The notes beneath the pieces were generated by a model that saw only the letters and a list, made by a program, of their open reading frames with translations, searched no databases and had not been told where the DNA came from. Below, one piece after another: positions 47,296 through 64,000 of a stretch of DNA of 64,000 nt (the first letter of the stretch is position 1; each line of letters begins with the position of its first letter). Source of the stretch: Amoebidium appalachense (taxonomy: Eukaryota; Protista; Ichthyosporea); assembly GCA_963693365.1 (NCBI GenBank), contig CAVNZM010000001.1:20282125-20346124 (forward strand), given 5' to 3'. Position numbers and translations under genes: made by a program.

Positions 47296-48212
47296 AGGAG
47301 AAGAGATAGGGAGGAAGGGGAGGGGGGGAGGGGGGGGAGACGGGGGGGGGGGGGGGGGGGGGGGGGGAGAGGAAGTGCAAATGGAGTATGTCTGTTGCTG
47401 ACAGAACAGGTGAACTTCTATGCTAATGAAAAAGGAAGATTGTCCATCCAGCTGATTGGTGCATGCTTGAGTTGGTCTCTATGATCAAGTACAGTCTGCT
47501 AGCTTCCTTAAAAGCTCAGTAACCCACATGTGACCGTGCTAACTCGGAGCTGTGTGATGTTGTAGACAAGACTTGGAGTGAATGGGGATGGAAAGAGCAG
47601 CGATTTGCCCTTTTGTTTGGTTGTATGGGGGTTTGAAGCACCGTAGTAAGCATTCGCGCAAGGACACAGCCCATTAGAACACACACGCACACCCACGCGC
47701 CAATTTACATACGCAAGCACGACACATACCTGCGTCACACGGAACCCTGCGCGCATGCACGCACTCAAAACTCCCGTGTGAGCACATACATGCACACTCG
47801 CACACACACGCACTGCCTCTATGTGTACCAACTTGCAATTGTACCTCAGGAACTGTGAAAGTGTTTGCTGGCAGGAGTGCTGCTTGCATGTTTGTGCTAT
47901 TGCTTGCGCCGGCGCGTCGCAGGCACGGCTTGTGTCTGTCCATGTGTGGGTGTAAGAATGGTGGTCCGTGTGTGCACTGGGCCCTGCATGATTATGCCTG
48001 TGTGTGTGCAAATGTCCGCGCTCGTGCCTGTGTGTGCCTGTGTGTGTGCATACGTACTTTCTTGTGCCTGTGTGTGCATACGTTGGTGCATGTGCTGTGT
48101 GTGTTCGTGCGTGCCAGTATGTGCCTTTGTGTGTGTGGCATACGTTTGTGCCTGTGCCTGTGTTTCCATGTGTGTGTGCCTGTACCTGTGTGTCGGCACC
48201 CGCTTTTTCCAG

Positions 48213-48256
<44 letters not shown>

Positions 48257-48457
48257 TGTGTGTATGTGTGCGCGCGCACATATGTACCTGGCTCTGTACG
48301 TTCATGGACATGTCCCCGTGTGTATGTGCCAGTATGTGCCTTTGTGTGTGTGGCTTACGTTTGTGCCTGTAACTGTGTTCCATGTGTGTGTGCCCGTAAG
48401 TGGGTGTCTACATCCGCTTTTTCCAGTGAGAGAGAGAGAGAGAGAGTGTGTGTGTGT

Positions 48458-48495
<38 letters not shown>

Positions 48496-48509
48496 ACGTG
48501 CGTGTGTAC

Positions 48510-48544
<35 letters not shown>

Positions 48545-48548
48545 CGTG

Positions 48549-48581
<33 letters not shown>

Positions 48582-49581
48582 CTGTGTGTGTATATATATA
48601 TATATGTGTGTGTGTTTTCATATGTATCTGGCTCTGTACGTTCATGGATATGTCCCCTTGTGCCTTCGTGTGTGAGTGTTTGTATTCTAAAGGTGTGTGC
48701 CTCGTTCCTCACCCGTGTCTGTGCTTGAGTGTGCGTCTGGACTGCAGCAAAGCACAAACCCTGGATTTTGGGGCCAAAAGACCAATGTGCTTGTATGATG
48801 CCCTTTTAAAACCGCCACACTTGCAAGCACTTTTTTTTTTGGCTGGCTGCAAAGACACACTATCACTCTTTATGTAGCCACTTTGTCTGACAGACAGTCT
48901 AACCGATTGTTACAGGACACCGTGCAACCCAGCCCAGGCACCAGTCTCCCCACCGGAATGATCGGGGGACGGCCAGGTTTCTTCTCTCGGTCCTCAACCC
49001 CTGGCCCCGACTCATCAAAAGCAAGGGATGATGATGAGGGGAGAAAGAATAACGAAGGCAAAATGCAGGCGGGGAGGGAGACGGTGTATCACAACGTGGA
49101 CCCAGAGGCGTCGACAAGCGGAGAACTGGAGCTGTTTGGGGAGACAGCGGTAGTCAAGACGGAGCCCATTTACTTTTGTACGTGCACCGTGTTTATGTGT
49201 GTGTATCGAAGCAACGGTTTCCCCACACCCCAACACCCATTCCAGTCAAGCGCGCGCTCACACACACACACACACACACACAACACACACACACACACTA
49301 CCAACTCCAAACATCAAGCTCCACCCCTCAATACCCAACCCCAATGTCTCCGTCGTCTGTTTTCTTGTGCCTTGCCTCGTTTTTTAGCTAGTGGCGGCAT
49401 CTGTGTTTTAGGTTTGTTGCCGTCAAAGGTCCACGCTCGCATATGCTCACACGCACGTGCTTGCCCCCCCCCCCCCCCACACACACACCCACACACACAC
49501 ACAACCACACCGACACTCACACTCGCTCACACGCTCACACTCACTCACACGCTCACACTCATACACATACTCACACTCACG

Positions 49582-49629
<48 letters not shown>

Positions 49630-49891
49630 CCCTTTGCAGTGTCAGACGGAGACGAAGACACATCGTGGTCGCAGTTTATTTGGCGTCAACTCAGCAGCAG
49701 GGTCATGAGCAGAGACACCCACCCCCGCCACCAACAACCACCACAAAGGCCAGACCAGATGCCCGCACCAGCTGCCGGGCCCCGTCACAACGGTAGGGCA
49801 TGCACGTGACTGAGGGGCTGATGTTTTTTGTTTTTATTTTTGTTTGTTTGTTTGTTTGTTTGTTTGTTTGTTTTTTTTGTTTTTTGTTTTT

Positions 49892-49938
<47 letters not shown>

Positions 49939-50186
49939 GGGTTCATTGTAAGGGTGGTCAGAACAACGAGGTCGTTTGCTTGTGTGCTGGGCCTGCCATT
50001 GACATGTTCTATGGTGACAGGGAAGGAAGGGGGAGGGGGGGGGGGGGGGGGGGGGTCTGTGTTGAAAGGGGTAAGTTGGGGAGGATGAGTGAGCAAGCAC
50101 GATTGAAGTGTGGCTACTCAGAACAAATGTGTACATAGCCCGGCCATTAGGAGACGCTGTCATTGAATTCTGGTTTTTGAATCAAT

Positions 50187-50239
<53 letters not shown>

Positions 50240-50650
50240 ACTCACACACACACACTCACACACTTACACACATGTACAGGACCGTCACCATCAGAAACAC
50301 AACAAAAACACGACGAAAAGGGCCAGACACCGCTCACCGGCCTCGGTTGGGTATTCCAACGCATCGACACAGACGAGTCAGTGCACGGTGAGGGGGAGTC
50401 ACCCGGTCTGGTGCGCATGCGCAAGGAGCACATGCTCTTTCTGCAGCAGGAGCAGCAGTGTGTGAGCCCCGACCACACCAATGTGGCCCGCAGGCTGCTG
50501 CAGATCCACCTTGCCGTGGCCCAGCACTGCTTCCGCACCCCCCACGATGATCTGCTGCCCCTGTGGAGGCTGGCTGTCAACCCACGGGCACAGGCTCAGA
50601 GGTTGAGGGCTGTGCTGCAGGGTACGTGTGTGTTTGTTTGGGGGGCCCCG

Positions 50651-50685
<35 letters not shown>

Positions 50686-50760
50686 CATTGTTGTGGTCGT
50701 GGTGGTGGTTCCATTGGCTTTTTCCTTTTCCTTTTTTTTTTTTTTTGTGTGTGTGTGTCT

Positions 50761-50792
<32 letters not shown>

Positions 50793-50834
50793 TTGGGATG
50801 GTTGTGGCAGTGGTGGTGGTGGTCGGGTGTGTCT

Positions 50835-50865
<31 letters not shown>

Positions 50866-51542
50866 GGGGGGGGGGAGGGCAAGCACGCTGTGATTAGAGT
50901 GCATCCAAGGGCTCTGGGCAAGTGCTTGTGTGTGTGTGTGTGTGTGTGTGTGCACGTATGAGGCTTGACGTTTGCTTGTTTTTTGGTGTGTTTTTTGCCC
51001 TTTTTTTGCTCTTTTGGGGAAGGGAGGTCGGGGATTTGTGACGGTGTGTGTGTGTGTGTGTTTTTTTGTTTTTTTTTGTGGGGGGGGGGGGGGGGGGGGG
51101 GGGGTTAACTTCTGTGTGTGTAGGTTTTTTGTTGTGTATGCTTGGGCGAATAATTGTGAAAGGGCTGGGGATGAGCCATAGTTTGGGTTATAGCACCTCG
51201 GCACTCACCTGTGGGGGCATGCAGCGGTGTTGGCGTCCAACCCACAGCTGGCCAGGCTGGGCAGCATGTACTGTGACTGGTGGTATGCTGCTGCTACTAA
51301 CTTCAGGTCTGTAAATTCATAGGGATAGCCTCAAATGGGGGGGTTCTATATTCGTGCACGTGGTTGTGGGATCTGGTATGCAGTTTGGTGGAGGGGAAAC
51401 AGCGAGGTTGGGTATGTATCGACAAATGAGGGGTTCTTGTGGTGTGGTATAGAGATTGGGGAGGGAACCTAGTTATTTCTCTATGCTAAGAAGTGTAGAG
51501 GGCGGGGAATAAGGAGACCGATATGAAGTAGCAAGACGGGGT

Positions 51543-51583
<41 letters not shown>

Positions 51584-51724
51584 AAGGGCAGGAGAGGTCA
51601 AGTACGGAGATATAGTGTGTTGGGGGCTGTTGCACGTCATTGGATTTGTGGTGATCTCTTCTCCTCCCCCTTGCCCGGCCGCCAACGCACACGCACACAC
51701 ACACACACACCACACACACACACA

Positions 51725-51797
<73 letters not shown>

Positions 51798-53266
51798 CGC
51801 ACGCGCGCGCGCAGACGAGAGGTACACACGCTCTCTCTCGCTCTCTCTCTTGCTCTCTCTCTCACTCACTCACTCAACACACATCTGCTTTACCTTTCCG
51901 ACAGTTCTACTCAATATGCGAATCTTCCACCCACCCCTTTTTTTCTTCCCTCGAGATGAGCAACAAGAACATACAATGCAACTATTCTCTCTCTCTCTCT
52001 CTGTCTCTCTTTCTCTCTGTCCGTATGGTTTGCACTCTGCATCGTGTTATCCGTTGTTCATGTGTACCCTTCGTACTTTATGACGCATTCAAACCCCCCC
52101 CCCTTTCCCCCCCGGCCCCTCTTTTAGAATAAATAAATACACATGTATATCATCGCGACATACACACCTTATTTCCGCATACATATGTTCCACTGACGGG
52201 GCCTGAACAGGGACATCTACGACCACCTAGTGCAGGACATGCAGCAGCGACCCATGCCCTCTGAGGCCGTGGCGGACTTTGTGTTTGTGCGCCCGGCAAG
52301 TGCCCTGGGCCACATTAGGCAGGTCAGCTCGGACTCGGCCAGCGTCGCATCCATCATGGGTATGTACAGGCACACACACGTACACACACGCACACGCACA
52401 CGCACACACACACACACACGCACACACATACACACACACGCACACACATACACACACACGCACACACACGTGCACACTCGCGCGTGCACACACACACACA
52501 CCGCACACACGCACGCAGAGAGATATGTAGGCGCATGCGGATACACGTACACACAAGCTTGCACACGAAGCACTACACACACACACCATATGCTCACACA
52601 CAGGCACAAAGATGCACACACACACGCACATAAAATAACACAAAAATAGAACACCATACATAGGCACACACGCCCGCACACAGAGACAGATGCGGACGCG
52701 CCGACAGACAGGCACACAGACACACACACATGCACACAGATACACAAGCAGATGGACAGACATAACTCACACATCCTCGTGCTCATACACAAATAGATGC
52801 ACGTCTGTTTCATCAGCCACACATTTACAGTGCAAATGTGTTTTACGGCTCTGTAACACGAGACAGTTGAGCATGTACACACGTACATGCATACAGACAC
52901 GCAGAAGGAAACATGAGCACACGTCCCACACACCTACCCATCACACACAGTCACGCCATGCTTTGTTGCATACATGCATGCAAACCCCCTCTCTCCCCCA
53001 GTATCTTTACCCACTCACCCCCCTACATATATCCAGGCATACCGGGACTGGGTGCAGGGCAGACACACGGCAGCAAGAGTGGATCCGTGTGCGGGGGTGC
53101 AGAGAGTGAGGCTGGGGTGGTGTGGGATGCCCTGGCCATGCTCAGCACTAGCCCCCCCACGTCACTGCGCAGCCGTAGCTACACATCACTGACCTCGGAC
53201 ATGCTGCAGAGCATAAACTCGGACATCTTTGTCGATGCACTCAGGTATGAAGGGGGGGGGGAGGGG

Positions 53267-53298
<32 letters not shown>

Positions 53299-53988
53299 AT
53301 GTTGGTGGGATGTTTGTGTGCTTGCATACATTGCAGGGACTACGTGCATGAGTGTGTCTCTAGCGCACGATTCAAGCATTCGGCAGCACGTGTTGTCGGA
53401 CACAAAGAGCACCCGGTTTTGGGAGCAGGTATGGTTGTGTGGGTCTTTAGACATGTGTTCTGACGGCGTGTGTGCAGTTGGATGGGGGACGATGAAGCAG
53501 CTGTGGTGGAGGGGAACACCTTTCTGCTGCTGGACCGCCACCAGGCCCCCGTGGCAAAGGTATGCTCCATATAAGGCTATAGTAAAAGCAAAGGTATTGG
53601 CCAGGTGCCATCACATATGCACGGGGCATGGTCCTTGTCAGCTTTGCTTGGCGTGCTCACTAAGTCCATTTTGGATTTTTTTTTTTTCTAGCCGTATTTT
53701 GTTTTCCCATGCTTTACTTTGTCTTCATATGACGATATCTCTTAGATACCTGCAATATCAAAGATTCTTGATTCCTTCATGCTCGTGCACGCAGACACAC
53801 ACACGTGCATTATGAGGGGACACTGAGCCCTGCCTGTGGTCGCAGGTGACGGCTGTGTCTTCAGCCCGGCCCATAGCGTCAGCACGTGCACAGACCCGGT
53901 TCTGTGTGGCCACAGACACAATCAACGTGGGCCATGGCTTGGACCTGCCCCAGGACGGGCCCTACATTAGGCGGGACATAGAGGTGCG

Positions 53989-54030
<42 letters not shown>

Positions 54031-54112
54031 TGGGGAGAAGACGGAACACAGAGGTGGGGTGGGAGAGGCGGATGAAAAGGAGAGACACAGGTGTGAGGGG
54101 GCCTGTGCAGGG

Positions 54113-54150
<38 letters not shown>

Positions 54151-54461
54151 TAGCTGTAGGGCATGGTTGGGGTGTGGTGAAAAAGAAGAGACACGAGGCC
54201 TGTATTTGCTTGCTGTTTGGAGGAGAAGGTTACCTGCGCAGAAGGGTGGGTCAAGGTGTGCTGTGGTTGGTAGTGTGTTGTGATAACACGGGCACACAAA
54301 GGCGTTTGAAAGGAGGCGTGTGTTCTTATTAAGGTGGGTGCAGGTGGAGTTCCAGTGCGATGTGGGGTTTGAGGAGGGGGAGCACGTGCCTGCGGTGCTG
54401 CAGGGGGCAGTGTTCAAGGGCGCTACGGTGTCGGGCATAGCCACTACAGGTGTGCACACAC

Positions 54462-54551
<90 letters not shown>

Positions 54552-54950
54552 CACACACACACACAAACACACACACACACACACACAAACACAAACACAC
54601 ACATGCACAAACACACAAACACACACACACACACACAAAAATACGCATACACATGCACACACACACACACACATGCACATGCACATGCGCCTGCTCACAC
54701 ATGCCCACACACACACGACCACGGCGAGCGTTGTTTTCTTACCCTGCTTAAATACCTTTGTTTGCACGATTTGGAATGATCTATTGCTCGGCTAGTACTC
54801 TGACGACGCGGTTCATGTGGTTGTAACGTTTCTCATACTCGAACTGTTTTTATTTTGCAACCTCCCCCCCCCCCCCCCCCCCCCCCCACCACCACCACCA
54901 CCACCACCACCACCACCACCCCCCCATGGCACTCTCACAAAAGGGAAGGT

Positions 54951-55015
<65 letters not shown>

Positions 55016-55273
55016 ACTTTCATGATTGTAGTCACCATACGCACCAATCAGGAATCCAAATGCACGCACGGGCACACTTCAGCACATGGTTGGCAATAGC
55101 CTTACACGTGTTGCCCCGGCTCCCTCCCCTTCCCCCAAACGTGCACACGCACACGCACGCACGCACACGCACACACACGCACATTCATACACATACACCT
55201 ACACACGCGCAGACACACACCACACGTGACAAACACATGTGACACACATGACGCATTCACGTGCACGCACGCA

Positions 55274-55311
<38 letters not shown>

Positions 55312-55825
55312 GCTTGTGCTTCGCTTACACTGCTGGCATAGTGGTATGCAGGCAACGGGTCCGGCTATTGAAGTAATGAAGTTATTCCGGGTTGTATGTG
55401 TATGGATGCATAGCTGGGTGGGTTGGTGAGGGGTGTTTTATACCGTATTAATTTTGTTGCGGTGTCGCGCTTCACTGAAGCGTTAGGGGGCCGTCTGTGG
55501 TGCCTGCCAAGGGGACGAGGGGGGAGGAAGAGGGAGGGGGCGGGTAGGAAGGGCGGACGGGGCGAAAGGGGGGGGGGGGGGGGGGGGGGGGGGGGAAGGG
55601 GAGGGCTTGTTTGTTTTCTGGAAACTTTTCATGCATGGATGGTGGAGTATTCAACTGACAGCATGTGCAGTGCAAAAACATGGGGCAGGGGATGCAGGCA
55701 GCAGGGGCCAGTGTGTGACGATCAGAGAGCTGTGTGTGGTGGTGGACGGGGGCACGAGGCTGGGCAACTACGTGTGCATCAGTCTGGGCAGCATCCTGCC
55801 CCACCCCTGTGCACAGGACCACTGA
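47058..55825 (+). CDS. Uncharacterised multi-exon protein (~12 exons; 5' end and some frames unresolved)
   Basis: AG/GT-bounded, repeat-free, codon-like blocks at about 47058-47246, 48916-49178, 49640-49791, 50280-50621, 51225-51307, 52211-52339, 53037-53244, 53337-53428, 53478-53559, 53846-53983, 54343-54449 and 55689-55825 (ends ...CAQDH*). No domain recognised. Confidence 0.55.
52024..52093 (+). mobile_element. Diverged family A 3'-end copy
   Basis: TATGGTTTGCACTCTGCATCGTGTTATCCGTTG...TTCGTACTTTATGACGCATTCAAA(C)n, in an intron of the + strand unknown gene. Confidence 0.75.
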
Positions 55826-55871
55826 GAACACTGGCAGTGTGTGTGCAAAGTTTCGAAGGATTGGGGGCCAA

Positions 55872-55906
<35 letters not shown>

Positions 55907-57432
55907 GGATGGGGGGGGTTACGTATCTCGTATGCGAATGTGCGTCTGATTATGGTTAGGGGATGCACGCTGTTATTCCGCCAGCGATATAAGATTAGCC
56001 ATATATGGCAAACCAGCTGAAAATATGCCATGTTCGAACGTGCACGTATGCAGGCTTCGTGGCTGCTTTTTTCCGTACAAACCCCAATATGCCATTGAAA
56101 TGTACACACGTAGACACGTGCACAGAAGAACATAGATGTGGGGTTGCTGTTTTGTGTGTGCTTAAGGGTAGAGATTTGTCCTATCACGTAATTGAACGTA
56201 TGCTTTGAAGGGTGGTGGTTGCTCATCACACAGTACGTATGGTGCTTGGGTTGAGGTATGCTGCTGCAGACAACGGCTGGGCCGGGTGCAGGCAGGCGAC
56301 TGAAAGTCAAATATAAAAATATAATTAAATGCTGCAACATCATTGGCCGCAGGGCTGCATGTACAACCGGTCAATCACTCATGCTGCAGGCTGACTGTTG
56401 TGCACATCCGGATCCACGTGCGATCACAAACACCCACAGATATGTAGTGACAACATACATGGATGATGGTTCGTGCATGCGTATATACATGTTGCAGCAA
56501 GTGTAAGGGTCGTGGTGTCACGTGGGTGTATGAGTCTGCACGCAGGTGTGGCCATGGGTGTCGGTGTCAAACTTGGGAGATGTGTGTGCAAGTTGCACAT
56601 GTATATACATGACATGCACACAGTCTTGTTCCTTGGGTTATATCTATATAGGTCTGCCAGCGCATATGCACGTGTCTTGCTGACACTATAAAGTGCTATT
56701 GATGGCCAAACCCTCTAATCCGCTTGTACACACGTACATGTACATGTGTTTATGGGGGGGAGGGAAGGGGGTATATTTGAATATCTGATCTCACTGTGAT
56801 GATGGTCACAACTTGGGAATGATCCAGCCAAGACCGTGGGATAAATAGGAAATAGCCATAGATTCCGCCCTGTAAACATGCACCAGACAATGTGGAATAC
56901 GAATTCACAAGTAAACAACAATATCATATTTAGTATCTTGTGGGCCAGCCACACTAAATTACACGTACTGCAATATTACGCTGTCTGCCGGACCTGACGA
57001 CACATCTTCAAACTATACGCAAAAGCAGATCAGGCCATTGGCCGTCATCCTTTCACTAAAATTTAACCTTAAATGTACAACTTGGACATCGACACTGTAC
57101 ATATCTCATACTAGCAGCTAATAATTATTAGGTGCTTTTATACCCAGCAATTAAAATCACACCACGGTTTACACGAACACCACAATTTGATTATCTAGAG
57201 GAAGATGTCAGGTTTCATACAAGGCCTCCTAGATAAATAGGCCTTGGTTTCATATCACAGGCCAGTGCTCGGTACCTGCAGCAGATCACTAAAATGACGC
57301 CATTCAGCCATTGTATCTATGGTCTCAGTTCTCTTGGGTGGTGCATGTCTGTGCTTGTGGTTACCATGTAAACCTTATACTTGTGTGCATGCATAGGCAT
57401 GTGCATATGCTGTGTGTGTGTTGGAGCGGCGG

Positions 57433-57491
<59 letters not shown>

Positions 57492-57493
<2 letters not shown>

Positions 57494-57691
57494 TGAATGC
57501 GTCAAAAAGTACGAAGTACACAAGAACAAACGGATAACACGATGCAGAATACAAGCCATACATAAAGAGTATGCATAATAAGCAGAGCCCATCCTCAGAG
57601 GGGCCCCACGTCATCCACAGTACCCGAGTTGCGACCTATTCACCTCGTTAACGAAACCCAACTCAGATACTGTTTCACTTGAACATGGGTA
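57492..57691 (-). mobile_element. Poly(C)-associated Penelope-like element, family A (200 bp)
   Basis: Embedded between two ~60-nt G-tracts, just downstream of the CRT-like gene. It carries a GAAAC->GCAAC change. Confidence 0.87.
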
Positions 57692-57702
57692 AGGGGGGGG
57701 GG

Positions 57703-57754
<52 letters not shown>

Positions 57755-57924
57755 TGCTTGTGCCTGTGTATGGTTTGGCTAATGATACTGCCGCAAAAAC
57801 CTGGGCCCGTGGGCAGGAATTCCCCTGGGATATGTATCGAGTGATTTTGTGAGTGTTGTTGTGTGCAAGCATCTCCGCACCCCCCCCCGAGGGGGGGGGG
57901 GGGGGGGGGGGAAGGGGGGGGGGT

Positions 57925-63582
<5,658 letters not shown>

Positions 63583-63854
63583 TATCGCTTGAAAAAGGAG
63601 TAACAACAGGAAGCTTGAAACCTGGTAGGGATGCCTTGGTTCACTAGCAGGGAAATAAATGATGGATAGACAGCACGTCAACTGCAAGATGCTGCGCCGG
63701 AATACGGGCTGCTTGGACCATGGGAGTTAATGTGCACAACGGTCCTGTGAAGCCAGGTGCACGGTTGGGTAGGTTTTGAGGATCTAGGAGGACATGGATA
63801 AAAGAGCAGTCAGAGTAACACAGGTTCAACTACCGGAAAAAATGGCCGCAACTG

Positions 63855-63899
63855 ATGAAACACGGCCTACTGTAGGTGAAACACGGCCTACTGTAGGTG
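63855..63899. repeat. 21-bp tandem duplication
   Basis: TGAAACACGGCCTACTGTAGG occurs twice. Confidence 0.85.
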
Positions 63900-64000
63900 T
63901 TCGTGTTTGTAACAGTGGCCGGGGAACACTGTGGGCAAGGCGCCTCCCGGACCGCTGTGACAGTGTTTTCTGTTTCTGCCACTGGGACTCTGGCCCAGGG

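Overview
Intron-rich eukaryotic nuclear DNA full of (CA)n/(GT)n, (GA)n and long poly(C)/poly(G) tracts. The gene set suggests a unicellular holozoan-like protist, but that is inference. Most long ORFs in the supplied track are microsatellite artefacts. I assembled nine genes by hand across GT-AG introns: a cNMP-binding domain protein (partial, -), FPGS (+), MAM33/C1QBP-like (-), RNF141-like RING protein (+), PGAM5 (-), an intronless H2A with an SQEF tail and 3' stem-loop (+), MRPS2 (-), an unknown multi-exon gene (+) and a CRT-like transporter (-). The most striking feature is a two-subfamily retroelement present in at least 9 copies plus micro-copies. The copies are 5'-truncated, share the 3' end ...GCATTCAA(A)-(C)n, and are co-oriented with the host or adjacent gene. 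The longest copy keeps a Penelope-like RT C-terminal fragment. The 3' region contains all hammerhead core nucleotides with covarying stems, but in a non-canonical strand order. Also present: a ~0.45 kb near-perfect foldback, a TA-flanked MITE, a TTAA-flanked MITE and several tandem repeats next to splice sites. All RNA pairings were worked out by eye.
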